Shown here: positions 36,880-49,041 of the stretch, one piece after another
How positions within the stretch are numbered: position 1 is the first letter of the stretch
Layout: each line of letters opens with the position of its first letter
NCBI RefSeq assembly: GCF_018350175.1
Contig: NC_058382.1
Location: 51,586,001-51,650,000, forward strand
Length of the DNA: 64,000 bases
Source of the DNA: Felis catus
Lineage: Eukaryota
Direction of reading: 5' to 3'
Notes under the pieces: generated by a model
What the model saw: only the letters and a program-made list of their open reading frames with translations
Database searches by the model: none
What the model was told of the DNA's origin: nothing
Made by a program: the position numbers and the translations under genes

Positions 36880-37080
36880 TCTTCCGGTTACCTACTGCCA
36901 CATGTATGACAAGTCAGTCCAAAACTTGGTGGCTTAACACAGCCATCGAACTCTTTCTTGTGGTTCTGCGGGTTGGCTTGGCTAGCGGGAGAGTTCTGCT
37001 GCTCTTCCTTGGGGTCTTTCAGGCCATCGCAGATAACATTTGGGGCCGGTGTCATCTAGAAGCTCAACTAGGATGCTGGC
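36880..37080 (-). mobile_element. Old MLT1 LTR fragment
   Basis: ccaaaacttggtggcttaa...gtggttctgcgggttggcttgg...gtcatctagaagctcaact. Confidence 0.6.
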
Positions 37081-37189
37081 TTAAGTCTTAGGACATCGCC
37101 TGGGTAATAACGTGCTCATAGGGAGGAAGAGATTCCATGAGAAGGAGAGAAGAGGAAAAAGCAGGACATGAATACCTGCGTCTCATTTT

Positions 37190-37399
37190 ATTTTTTTAAT
37201 GTTTGTTTATTTTTGAGAGAGAGCCAGAGTGTGAGTGGGGAGGGGCAGAGAGAGAGAGAGGGAGACACAGAATCCGAAGCAGGCTCCAGGCTCTGAGCTG
37301 TCAGCACAGAGCCCGACGCGGGGCTCGAACTCACGGACCGTGAGATCACGACCTGAGCCGAAGTCCAACACTTAACCGACTGAGCCACCCAGGCGCCCC
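37190..37399 (-). mobile_element. CAN-SINE
   Basis: TSD tgc(g/a)tctcatttt; CpG-rich body. Confidence 0.96.
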
Positions 37400-37959
37400 T
37401 GCATCTCATTTTTTTTTTTTTTAATCCCAAAGCAGAACAACAAAATCCCAGGAGAGCATCTGGTACCTGCGTGACTACCTTTTGCTTCCTTCTTTTCCAA
37501 GACTTCACGTTCCGTGACCTCATAAGTCAAGGTCGTAGGGTGAAAAGGAGCCAGAGATGACGGGAACCAGGGAGTCAACATCCAGGCACAACCTTCAACA
37601 GGCACTTAACATCTACGAGCACACACGTACACGTGCCCACACCATACCACAACAGGGGCTGAAGGAACGGTGCACAGAGACACTTACGTGAGAACCGTAA
37701 TTTTCCATCTGAAAACCTGAGCTCTCTGAGGTTTGTAACATTTCTGATAAAAATCTCTGCTGCTCTGCACTATGTCTCCTGTCAGAGGTTTTCAGCCCTG
37801 CAAAGGGTCTTGGAATTCTCCAAGTCCAATTACCTTTCCCAGAGGGAGTACTAAAAGGGATAAAGTAATGAAAAACGATTGTATGTTTTTGAATCTTCAT
37901 TGCTAAGGAGGCACAGAGGTGATAAGAGGACCATAGATTTTCTTTCTGAAAATGGCGTT

Positions 37960-38200
37960 TCTAGACGCAATGCTTTCCCTGCCTGCCTCATCCAAACGAG
38001 CAAGCTCATCACCCTTCACTCACGTTAATTTTCTCTGTGCGTTTCTAACTGCCTGATATTATATTAGCTTGTTGTCTGCCTCCCTATAAAATACAAGCTC
38101 TCTGAAGGCAAAGACTTTACCTATCTCGTTCACTGTACACCCCCTTAATTTGCACCCGTACACATTAGACATTCGCCATCTGCTGAATGAATTAACAGTC
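37960..38200 (+). mobile_element. L2 3' end
   Basis: ttgtctgcctcc...aagctctctgaaggcaaagact...gttcactg...tgctgaatgaa. Confidence 0.7.
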
Positions 38201-39224
38201 ACTGAATTCCAATTAAGTATAAGACTCTGTGGTATTTGCTTTGTGAGGCTGTGCTACGCGAGTTGAGCGGTTATCCTCAACAAAATTGCAACGCACGTTA
38301 ATAACTAACGATGCTCAAGGAAACTACAAGGGCATTTGGAGGTATCGACAAAGGACAATTAACCACAGGGGGGGAAAACGTCATCAAAAATTGAACACTC
38401 TGCATTCAAGTTAAAAGATGGGAGTCAGAGAGAACTCTAGCACACAGGGGGCTTGCTGCTACTCGGGGTTCTGTCCGGAATGCCCATCGTCTGACAATCA
38501 GACCTTCTGACTCCATGACCTCGGATCATTAAAACCTGCACTTGGCTCCTTCCCCTAGAAAAATCAACATTTTTGCCTGGATCATTGGTAAGGTCCCCCT
38601 TCCATGACAGCACAGGTGGGAGCAATGCAAGAAGGGGCAGGGTTTGGGTACCAACTCCTCCGTAGGTGTGAATAGGGAAAGGATATTAAACTGATAAAGA
38701 AAGAAAGACCCCTAAGCAAACTGTCAGCTGTCGAGAACTGTCTACAAGGATGTTCTCACGGAGTTAATTATAATCAAGAGAAAAGCGCAAGCCAGACTGG
38801 AAACTTTTCAGAATTATTTATTTTGAACGCGTTTTGGCCTTCAAGCAAAATTGCGAACATTGCCCAGTTTCCACAGACCTCACCCAGATTCTCAGATTTT
38901 CAGAGCCCCTTTCTCCTCAGTGTCCTAAAAACGCCTTCTTCTTTCATCCCGCTTTTTTGGTCTGGTGTCTTTGCTCAACACTGGAAAGTGGTCTTCTATT
39001 TCTTTGATTGTTTTCTCATTGACATGGTCTCTATTCACTTCCTGGGGAAGTTCTAGTCATTGGGAATTGGGGCTTCATATACTGACCATCTAGGTCAACT
39101 ATTCTCCTATGTTTTCTCTGTATCTTTTGCTTTACATTCCGAGACGTCCTTCCAAATGTTTCTTTCGGGTGTTCAAGAACATTACTTTCTGAATTAAGAC
39201 TATTATGGCAATAATAGTTTTAGA

Positions 39225-39434
39225 GGGGCGCCTGGGTGGCTCCGTCGGTTGAGCGTTGGACTTCGGCTCGGGTCACGATCTCGCAGTTCATGAGTTCGAG
39301 CCCCACGTCGGGCTCCATGCCGATGGTGCAGAGCCTGCTTGGGATTGTCTCTCTCCCTCTCTCTCTGCCTCTCCACCATTCATGTGGTCTCTCACTCTCC
39401 CTCGCTCTCAAAATAAATAAATAAATAAATAAAA
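39225..39434 (+). mobile_element. CAN-SINE
   Basis: Full body; approximate TSD agtttt(a/g)gag. Confidence 0.95.
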
Positions 39435-39448
39435 AGTTTTGGAGCAAC

Positions 39449-39604
39449 GGTGGATAATTCGTTGTTGTGGGGAACCAGCGTCTGCACCCAAGTATTTCAG
39501 TGGCATCCTGGACTCTCCCTGCTCGATGCCAACAGCCCAGAACCTCCAGCCATCACAACCAGAAAGGTCTCCAGACACTGCCAATCACCCAGGTTGAGAC
39601 CACA
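39449..39604 (-). mobile_element. MER20 fragment
   Basis: ggataattcgttgttgtgggg...gatgcca...acaaccag...gtctccagacactgccaa. Confidence 0.75.
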
Positions 39605-39620
39605 GATTTCAAAGAACCCT

Positions 39621-40304
39621 AATAATACATTCTAGCTCCATTCATGCTGTTACAAATGGCAAAATTTTGTTCTTTTTGATGGCTGAGCACTATTCCATTC
39701 TATGCATGTAGCACATGTTTTGTTTTTTTTTTTAATGTTTGTTTATTTTTGAGAGAGAGAGAGAGACAGACAGAATGCAGGCAGCGGCGGAGGCAGAAGA
39801 GAAGGAGACACAGAATCCGAAGCAGGCTCCCAGCTCTGAGCTGTCAGCATAGAGCCCCATGTGGGGCTCGAACCCACGAACCGCGAGATCATGACCTGAG
39901 CTGAATCAGGTGCTTCACCGACTGAGCCACCCAGGTGCCCCATTACCACATCTTCTTTATCCACTCATCAGCTACAGTGTATTATGCTAAGCAAAATACG
40001 TCAGTCAGAGAAAGACAAATACCATATGTAGAATTTAGGAAACAAAACAGATGAACATATGGGAAAGGGGAAAAAAAAGAGAGAGAGGGAAGCAAACCAT
40101 AAGAGACTCTTAAAGAACAAACTGAGGGTTGATGGGGGGAAGCGGGTGGGGGGATGGGCTAGATGGGTGATAAGGATTAATGAGGACACTGGTAATGAGC
40201 ACTGGGTGTTGTAGGTAAGTGATGAATCAGTAAATTCCACTCCCGAAACCCTGACACTGTATGTTAGTTAGTTAGAATTTAAATAAAATTTGGAAGAGAA
40301 TGAA
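39621..40304 (+). mobile_element. 5'-inverted (twin-primed) carnivore L1 with nested SINE
   Basis: Antisense segment 39621-39970, sense 3' end 39971-40304; TSD tcaaagaaccct (39609-39620, 40305-40316). Confidence 0.88.
39722..39941 (-). mobile_element. CAN-SINE
   Basis: Full antisense body inside the inverted L1 segment. Confidence 0.94.
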
Positions 40305-40944
40305 TCAAAGAACCCTGCTTTCTCTATTTCTTCTTTTATGGCAGCCTGCTCTTTCAGAAGCCACGATCACTGACACAATTCAGTTCAGTTTCTCTTCTGT
40401 CCCTCGAATTATTTCCGTCTTCCAGAGTCAAGTGATCTATTTGTTCATCTTGGCCTTGACTCTCCTGAGATTTCCCTCCAATGTCTGGTGGTCTTGACTG
40501 TCTCTTCAGAGCAGGGCTTCATCTGTTGATGTAAGTGGCTCAAATGAGTCTCCAGTGTTTTGAGGGGTTTTCCCCCCAACAGACCTCTTCCCTGAATAAG
40601 GGGACAGATCAGGAACTCAGGGTGGAGTCTCTGAATCAGCCAGCTTCCCCGCAGGATGAACCAATCAAACCAGGCAGGCAGATCGACGAACCCCCTCACC
40701 AAAATGTCAAACCAGAGTGTGCTTTACTCTGGAGGCACTAACTCCCCCCACCAAAGCCCAAGAAAGACTTTCAACACTCACCCGGATGCCTGCCTCTCCT
40801 CGAACTGTCATCCGCCTCCCGTTGTAACCTACTGAACCCAAGCCAGGAAGGTCTCTGATGCTCCAGGAAAGAATGCCCCAATTTAACTCAACTATTGTTG
40901 CCTTGCCCTGGGTGTAGGTGTATTCTGGGCCCCTTCCTAACAAA

Positions 40945-41390
40945 GTCCTTCCACGGGTAAACGATTAAACAAAGTCCCACATCCACACCACCGAATACTT
41001 ACTCAGCAACAAAAAATAAACGACTGATGCCCACAACGATGTGGGTAGACTGCAGAGCAATCACACAGAGTGAAAAAGCCAGTCTCTGAAGGTTATATAC
41101 TGCATGCTTTCTGACAAAATTATAGAGGTAGGGAGATTAGCAGTTGCCAGCAGCTAGGGGCACAGGTGGTGGCACAGCATGGGTGTGATTTTAACGGGGA
41201 GCAAATGGATGATCTTTGAGATGGTGGAAAACTTCTTTATTTTGACTGCGGTGGTGGCCACATGGATAAACACGTGCAGTAAAACTATACACATCCACAC
41301 ACGTACTCAGAGTGCCCGTAAAACTGGTGACATCTGAATCAATTCTGGATCGTACCTATGTCAATTTCCCGGCAAGATGTTACCACTGGA
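40945..41390 (+). mobile_element. L1MC/MD-type 3' end
   Basis: gagtgaaaaagccagtctc...ggttatatactg...ttgactgcggtggtgg...gtaaaactggtga...gcaagatgttacca. Confidence 0.8.
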
Positions 41391-41391
41391 T

Positions 41392-41620
41392 GGGGCGCCT
41401 GGGTGGTTCAGTCGGTTAAGCGTCCAGCCTAAGCTTCCGTCATGATCTCACGGTTCATGGGTTCGAGCCCTGCATAGAGCTCTGCGCTGACAGCTCAGAG
41501 CCTGGAGCCTGCTTTGGATTCTCTCTCTCCCTCTCTCTCTCTCTGCCCCTCCTCCACTCACTCGCACACGTGTTCTCCCTCTCTCAAAAATAAAAAACAT
41601 TAAAAAAATGTAAAGAAAAA
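41392..41620 (+). mobile_element. CAN-SINE
   Basis: ggggcgcctgggtggttcagtcgg head, CT tract, A tail. Confidence 0.93.
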
Positions 41621-42035
41621 AGTGCTTCTCAAAGTGTGTTCCCCAGTCCAGCAGGATCCGTGTCACCTGGAAACTTGTTAGAAATGCAAATTCCCAGGCC
41701 ACAAGGACGCAGCTCTGGGAGTAGGACCCAGACATCTGTTTTAAAAGGCACTCCCAGGGGCGCCTGGGTGGCGCAGTCGGTTAAGCGTCCGACTTCAGCC
41801 AGGTCACGATCTCGCGGTCCGGGAGTTCGAGCCCCGTGTCAGGCTCTGGGCTGATGGCTCGGAGCCTGGAGCCTGTTTCCGATTCTGTGTCTCCCTCTCT
41901 CTCTGCCCCTCCCCCGTTCATGCTCTGTCTCTCTCTGTCCCAAAAATAAATAAACGTTGAAAAAAAAATTAAAAAAAAAAAAAAGGCACTCCCAGGGGCT
42001 TCTGACGTCTGCTAGAGCTTGAGAGCTACCCCCTT
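41621..42035 (+). mobile_element. MER5A, interrupted by young SINE
   Basis: agtgcttctcaaagtgtg...cacctggaaacttgttagaaatgcaaattc...tctgttttaa. Confidence 0.85.
41757..41980 (+). mobile_element. Young Felidae SINEC_Fc-type SINE
   Basis: Diagnostic ggcgcagtcgg...cagccaggtcacgatctcgcggtcc; long A tail; perfect TSD aaaaggcactccca. Confidence 0.97.
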
Positions 42036-42955
42036 GGAACACAGTGATGAGTTCTCTACTATTCCAAGAGAGAAAGTGGTTGCATTTTTTGGATTTAAAA
42101 CTTAAAAAAAAGTAAGTAGGGGAAATTCCTTATAAAATTGTTTTTATCCTAAATTTCTGCTACTGGGAACCCTGTATGTTTTAAATTCCTTCTTTTTTTT
42201 TCCCTTTTGCTCTTGCTGCTAGGAAACTCAGAGCCAAATTGGAAGGTCAGCCACAGTAAATATACTAAACCACAGAGTTATCATATGGATTCCTTCCTCC
42301 ATATCCCTTCCTTTCCCTGCCCGGTTTCCTGCTTTTATTTTATTGGATTTTGTTCCTTTGGAGAGAAAAGTTATAAATACAGTCAATAAATAAAAGACCC
42401 CTTAACAACAGTGGTAATGTGCTCTTATAGGCTGCCACATGTTCTATTCCGAGAATGAAATACAGATCACGCAGACTGAGCAGATGTTACCAGATATTAC
42501 ATTATTTCACAAATAGATGACAGAACAGGAAAATTCAAATACTGCCTAGAAAAAAAATTTTTTTCATACGTAACTCCCAGGCATGTTCTTATGAAACAGA
42601 ATTATTATTGCCCTTTTGTTTAAACATAGGAGAAAGGATCTAGCCTTAGATTTATTATATTAGTAGATTAACCACTATTGTTCTTTTGGCTGCTTGCCCT
42701 TGGGTGATGTTTTCTTGGTAAGAATTATTTTCTGTTTCCATCATCTTGAAACAAACAATGTGCATTTCAATTGTCTTTTTATTCACCCTGAGCCAACAGA
42801 CCAGTACAATTCCCATCCGAAAGACTTCTAAAATTTTCTATGTAACTAACAAAACACCAGGACTACTGAGAAGTTTAACAACTCCCAGAAAGATGTTAGA
42901 GTTTGGGTTTTATCTGCAACACATTTGAACACGCCATTGAAAAAGGTATGGTTAA

Positions 42956-43142
42956 GAGGCGCCTGGGTGGCTCAGCCGGTTAAGCGTCCGACTTCCGGCT
43001 CAGGTCATGACCTCACTGTTCATGAGTTCGAGCCTGCGTCGGGCTGTGTCCTGACAGCTCAGAGCCTGGAGCCTGCTTTGGATCCTGTGGCTCCCTCTCT
43101 CTCTACCCTCCCAGCCGCCCCCCCCCCCCCCCCCCCCGCTGA

Positions 43143-43180
<38 letters not shown>

Positions 43181-43199
43181 AATAAACATTAAAAAAAAG
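42956..43199 (+). mobile_element. CAN-SINE with internal poly-C run
   Basis: TSD aaaaggtatggttaa; C-run at ~43118-43137. Confidence 0.95.
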
Positions 43200-43979
43200 A
43201 AAAGGTATGGTTAAATAAATGCTCCCTTAAAAATGAGATGAACCACCACAACAGTCAGTAAGTGTTTCTGGAGCAACACTTAAGTTGTTCCTTTAAAGTC
43301 TAAACTTTGGAGGATAGAGAAAAGATCAAAAACATATTTTCTGACGACTGAAAATAGATCACTTGCGTAGATCAACTACGTTTCCACTGGACAGCACTCT
43401 AGCCCCCCGTGTCCTAGACCCCATGGTTCCATGTCCCTTCAAATCTACCAGACTCATTCTTGAAGATGCGCCTAATCATTTTCGAGGGGCTGGTCCCAAC
43501 CGGGCCGCCGACAACAGGCTGGGTCCTGTTCAATTAAACGGCACCTTGAAACTGCAGCCCGCTCGCTCCCAACACCAGCACCTGCTAGACAACCCTGCTA
43601 CTCCATCCCCCAACAACACAGAGCCCCCTGGGCATCAACGCGGGAACATTCCAGACTTCTAACAAGTGTCAGAGAACACCCTCTGTATTAGATTCCTACA
43701 GCTGCTGCAGAAGTCACAATAAACTTAGCGGCATAAAAAGAACACCAATTTATTATCTTACCGTTCTGGAGGTCAGAAGTCTGATGACAGACCCACGGAG
43801 CTGTATTTCTTCCTGGAGGTTCTAGGGGAAAATCTGCTTCCTTACTTTGTCCAGCTTCTAGAGGCCCACCGCACCCCTTGGCTTATGGCTCCTTATAACT
43901 GCCAGGCTCACAATACCTGGCTGAGTCCCTGCATCACATTTTTCTTCTCCTCCCTTTTTTTTTATGTTTATTTATTTTT

Positions 43980-44195
43980 AAAAATTTTTTTTCAACGTTT
44001 ATTTATTTTTGGGACAGAGAGAGACAGAGCATGAACGAGCGAGGGGCAGAGAGAGAGGGAGACACAGAATCGGAAACAGGCTCCAGGCTCCGAGCCATCA
44101 GCCTAGAGCCCGACGCGGGGCTCGAACTCACGGAACGCAAGATCGTGACCTGGCTGAAGTCGGACGCTTAACCGACTGCGCCACCCAGGCGCCCC
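43980..44195 (-). mobile_element. Young Felidae SINEC_Fc-type SINE
   Basis: Perfect TSD tatgtttatttattttt (43963-43979, 44196-44212). Confidence 0.97.
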
Positions 44196-44209
44196 TATGT
44201 TTATTTATT

Positions 44210-44246
<37 letters not shown>

Positions 44247-44398
44247 ACGGGCAGAGGAGGGGCAGAGAGAGAGGGGGACAGAGGATCCGAAGCGGACTCC
44301 GTGTGGACAGCAGAGAGCTCAATGGGGAGCTTGAACTCACAAACCTACAACCCGAGCCGAAGCCGGACGCTCAACCAACTGGGCCACCCGAGCCTCCC
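44196..44398 (-). mobile_element. Older CAN-SINE (host of previous)
   Basis: (GA)n, ggatccgaagc...gacgctcaaccaactgggccaccc. Confidence 0.9.
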
Positions 44399-44659
44399 CT
44401 CCTGCTTCCGCTTTTAAAGACTGTTGTGATTATATTTGGCCCACCTGGGTAATCCCGGCCATCACCTACGTTAACCGTTGCTCATTAGCCCACCTTATCT
44501 CACTCGCAACCTTGACTTCCCTTTGCCAGGTAACAAATGTACGGATTTCTGAGGATTAAGACATGGACGTCTTTGGTGGGGAGGTAACATTATTCTGTCT
44601 ACCATGACCCGTGAGCCGACATGTGAGGAACCGGGTGACCAACAGACGAGGCTGGTGGC

Positions 44660-44757
44660 CTGACTAAGGCGGGGCTCCAGCCTACAAATCGGGACTTGGT
44701 GACCTGAGCGAAAATCAAGAGTCAGACACTCAAGCGACTGAGCCACCCAGGCGCCCC
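44660..44757 (-). mobile_element. CAN-SINE 5' half
   Basis: gtgacctgagc...aatcaagagtcagacactcaagcgactgagccacccaggcgcccc. Confidence 0.85.
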
Positions 44758-44767
44758 TGGGCCACCT

Positions 44768-44897
44768 ACTCCTGATTTCAGCTCAGATCACGACCTCTTG
44801 GTCATGAGATTAAGCCCCGCATCGGGCTCTGCACTAAGCATGGAGCCTGCTTGGAATTCTCTCTCCCTCCCTCTCCCTCCGCTCCTCCCCTCCTCAT

Positions 44898-44948
<51 letters not shown>

Positions 44949-44965
44949 ATAAATAATACATAAAC
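44768..44965 (+). mobile_element. CAN-SINE lacking its head
   Basis: actcctgatttcagctcagatcacga...ggagcctgcttggaattct, (CT)n, A tail. Confidence 0.88.
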
Positions 44966-45375
44966 CTAAAATGATAATAGTAATAATAAAATATATGCTC
45001 CATGGTACCAAGGGACTAAGTCTAGAGATGTAACATCCTAGATCGAAGAGTATCTTGGCAATCGTCAATTGGGAGATAAAGAGCTAAGGTTCAGAGAAGG
45101 GAAGCAGGGTCATTTAATTTATGGAAGAGGTAAGATTAGAAATCAGCCCCGGGTTGGAAGTCATGAGGCTCTCTCCTCAGTACCACTCAAACATTTATTA
45201 GGACTGTCACGCCACGCTAGGACGTTGCATATCTAACAGACGATGGCTGTTATGCCCAACCCACTGAGGACATTTCCTTTGAACTCCGTCCGGGTGGGGC
45301 ATCCGGCCCTTCTGATGTGTGGGAGCCGCTCTCCTTACACTGACTTCCAACTGTGTCTTTAAAATCATTATTTGA

Positions 45376-45598
45376 GAGGCGCCTGGCGGCTCAGTCGATT
45401 AAGCGCCAGACTCTTGACTTAGGCTCAGGTCGTGATCTCACGGGTGCGTGAGTTCCAGCCACACATTGGGCTCAGCGCTGGCAGCACAGGGCCTGCGTGG
45501 CATTCTCTCTCTCCCTTGCTCTCTGCCCCTCCCCTGCTCATGCTCTCTCTCTCTCTCTCTCTCTCTCTCAAAATAAATAAAGACATTAAAAATAAAAT
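45376..45598 (+). mobile_element. CAN-SINE
   Basis: TSD aaaat(c/g)attattt. Confidence 0.94.
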
Positions 45599-45953
45599 AA
45601 AATGATTATTTCAGCCAAGCTCCAATACCATGGGGAAACTTTTCACCACACGGACAAAGCAGAACACCTAACTGTCCATTCACTTTAGCAGCCATTAGGT
45701 AGAGATAAACCCTTTCATCTGACTTGAAATGATTGCAAGAAAAGTATTAATGTTCACGTCGATGTGGCAAATGTGCTTTTCATTCTTTTATCTTTTCTAT
45801 GTTTTCCAGATATTCTGAGTCAGCTTGATTTTTATGATAATGGAAAGAAGTGGTACTTGTTTTTTAAAAAAATACAATAATGAGAAGTATTACGTTTTTG
45901 GTCATTGGTTTTGTTCCCTTGTGATCCTGTATTTTCGAGAAACTGGGTATTTA

Positions 45954-46171
45954 AAAAAATTTTTTTAACGTTTGCGTATATTTCAGAGACAGAGAGAAAC
46001 AGAGCATGAGCATGGGAGGAGCAGAGAGAGGGGGAGACCCAGAATCCAAAGCGGGCTCCAGGCTCCGAGCTGTCGGCACAGAGCCCGACGCGGGGCTCGA
46101 ACTCACAAACCGCGAGATCATGACCTGCGCTGAAGTCAGACGCCCGGCCAACTGAGCCACCCAGAGGCCCT
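45954..46171 (-). mobile_element. CAN-SINE
   Basis: TSD agaaactgg(g/a)tattta. Confidence 0.95.
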
Positions 46172-47429
46172 AAGAAACTGGATATTTAGAACAAACGTTT
46201 CCTTTGTATTCTCAGAGATATTTCTCCTAGCTGTTCTTTTCTTCATTACTAAGGGATCTCTGCTTTATCCCACATTGCTACAAAATACAAATAGAACAGC
46301 TTTACTGCTGACTGTACCTCAGTAAGCAAGACTATGGACCATATAAAACTGAAACGTCCCCATCAGCAAAAAGAAGAAGCCAAAACATGTGGCCATGCAT
46401 GCATCCCAAACACAAGATCCTCAGCCTGACTTAACCAAAGTTCTCTGGCTTCATGATGTTTTCCCTCTCAGTTATCACTACATTTATTATTCGGGCCAAC
46501 TCCTTTCTACTATAATTTCATATCAAATAAAGAAATGTGTTCAGAGACTGTAACTCTAAGTAGGAACACAAGTCTGGCCTCTCATAACCCACGTTCCCTG
46601 GGATGCAATTAGTTTAATCTCTTTTCTGAACATGTTCTTAATATAGGCTTTTACCATGGACCATTTTTCACGTGTCTTGGTTTTTCATCACTCAATTCTT
46701 GAGTAAGACCACAGACATTAAAATGATAACATACCACGTTAAAGTCATGGGCAAGTTCAAGGGGGGAAATAACTCGCTCCGTCTGCAGTTAGAGTGAGGG
46801 AAAGTGATTACAGATCATGACAGCATCGTTTTCATAATATTTTGGACTTGGTTCTTCCTGTCACATTTAGGTTAATGGAGTCACAATCGAAAGTTTGTCT
46901 AAGGCATTCAGAGGTCACTGTGCACCCGGTTTGGGGTGGGGGGGGCACATTTTCTGAGAGCCAAGACTTTAACAGTTAGATGGCAATCAGATCCCCAATA
47001 CAAAAGGATCCCAAAGCCCCCAAATACAAATGTACACAGTAAGAAACAGTCTTCCTCAAAAGGGACTCTGAATTTAAAAGCCTATCAGAGAGAAGGAATT
47101 CAAGCCTTACCTGCTACCCAAATGTTCAAGGTTTAATATTGATTATTAATAATATAGGGCTCAAGGAGTCCCACAATCAATTGGCCTGACCTTCTCCACC
47201 AAGATTCAGATGCTCCCCAGGATGGCCCCCCATCAGCCAGCCTTGCACCCTACATGCTTGGCTCTCTCCCTCCATTTTACCCTACTGACTACTATTTCCT
47301 TCTGTAGTTTCAGCCCCCCAAAACACTCTGACATATGGGAAGATCATTAGCTGTCAGGACTAGAACTTGACTGATCTGACCCGCCTGCTCATGTCTTTTA
47401 AAATCTTCTGTCTCCGCTCTAATAATAAT

Positions 47430-47680
47430 TATTACCATAATCATATTAATGGCTAACACTCACCGAATGCTCTCCACATGCCAAGAATTTGTGCTTGAAT
47501 TATCTCGTTTTACTCCTGTGACGACGGTATGAGGTAGGTATCTGTTATTAAACTCCCTGAGCCTCAGTGTTCTCATCTGTAAATTGGGGGCATGCAAAAT
47601 GACGCTCATACAGTGGGTAAATACTAGGTCTGGGAATCACACCCAGGAATTCTTAACGCCAGGGTCCATGCTCTTTAACA
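47430..47680. mobile_element. MIR fragments (mixed orientation)
   Basis: atggctaacact...atgaggtaggta (antisense) and ctgagcctcagtgttctcatctgtaaa (sense core). Confidence 0.65.
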
Positions 47681-49041
47681 TTAAAGTACACTTGCCTCCT
47701 TGCTAGCAAAATTCCCAAGGTCAACCTAGACCATTCAATCCATAAAACTTCTAGGGTTCATCTCATTCCAAAGGATACACGTATACTCTTTGATATATAT
47801 CATATTATATATACGATATGAGACAAGTTGCAAAAATAGCACGAGACAGTTTCCAAACATTCTTTATCCAGCTTCCCTCAAGCCATGCTTTTTTTTTTTT
47901 TTTTCACATTGTCTTCAGTCTTTAGGTCATCATGGTCAAACTCTCATCAACTGAACCACAGCACGATAGGGACACGGCCACAAAAGCCATCTAATAATTT
48001 AATACTGCCTCACATGAACAACATGACGTTCCCCTTGGTGGAGGCTCCCAGAGGACCATCTCGCACTTTACCTGTTATTATTAATGATTTCCTCTGCGCA
48101 TAGCACAGGCACCAACCCCACAGAGCGCACAGGTTTACACGACAAACGATCAAGGATTCTGAACTTTGTGGGGTCTTTGATTCATTTAAAGAATCGCCCC
48201 TCTCCCTAGGAAACGTAGAGACAAACAATCCCCTATCTTCCAGGTAGTTTGCAGACGCAGGGTACCTCTCTTTGAGTTCATTCTGATCTGTTTTATTTTT
48301 TGAAAGCTAACAACCGCAGTCTGACCTGCTAACCCGCTCAACTATCTTTTCCTCAATCTCCATAGAGCTTCTCCACATCACTCACCCTGGGGAGGCTGCC
48401 AAAGACTTGTGGAACCACTCCTCCGAAGACAGGGCTTTCACACCGCTGAGCCGTTGTTGGTTTGGGGCTGTGGACGTGGCGGCTTGCCAAAGAATACATG
48501 TAACGGCCACCAGGACAGTCTCGTCGGCAGTGAGGACAGCGAGTCCCCTTCTCCCACCGCATCAAATCCACGACTTCAGGGATTTCCTGACTCGAGCACA
48601 GCCTAGGCGTCTCCTCAGCTACACGCTTGCTGAAGGTCAATCCACTTATCCATGCCGACCCCAGCGACTTCTCAAAAATTAGTATTTATGAGTCTAATAT
48701 TCTGTCCAAGCCAAACACTCTAAGTTAAATGTAACTGGCTTTTTTTTTCCTTGACAAAATGAAAGTCTGAGATTTTTCAGGCCAAGAGTCTACCAGAGGA
48801 CTGACTATTAATGAAATCGTTATTTCATTATTAATGAAATGCGGTTATTAATGAAATCGGAACACCTAGGAAAGGTCTTAAAAGAGAATCGGGGGACAGC
48901 TGGTCCTTGAGTTACTTGGATCCAGGGACTGAGCCTGCCTCAGATAATATGTTGACTTCATTTTCAAATATTAATGGGTTAAAAAAAATAACAGGTTTTT
49001 TTTTTTTCCAATAATACCCACGTTTTAAAAACACAACTCTG

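Larger units (their letters stand above)
43684..44603 (-). mobile_element. MLT1 (C-like) solo LTR containing two nested SINEs
   Basis: tgtattag start; ttctggaggtcagaagtc, ttctaggggaaaatc, ccagcttctagaggc, ggattaagacatggacgtcttt, attattctgtctacca end. Confidence 0.88.

Noticed and set aside
41757..41840. tRNA-like A/B boxes (tggcgcagtcgg ... gagttcgagccc)
   Set aside because: tRNA-derived SINE heads followed by CT tract, polyA and TSD; not tRNA genes
48806..48857. Repeat-spacer pattern as a CRISPR-like array (also 18435-18480)
   Set aside because: Repeats 12-17 bp, 2-3 copies, irregular short spacers, mammalian context, no cas genes
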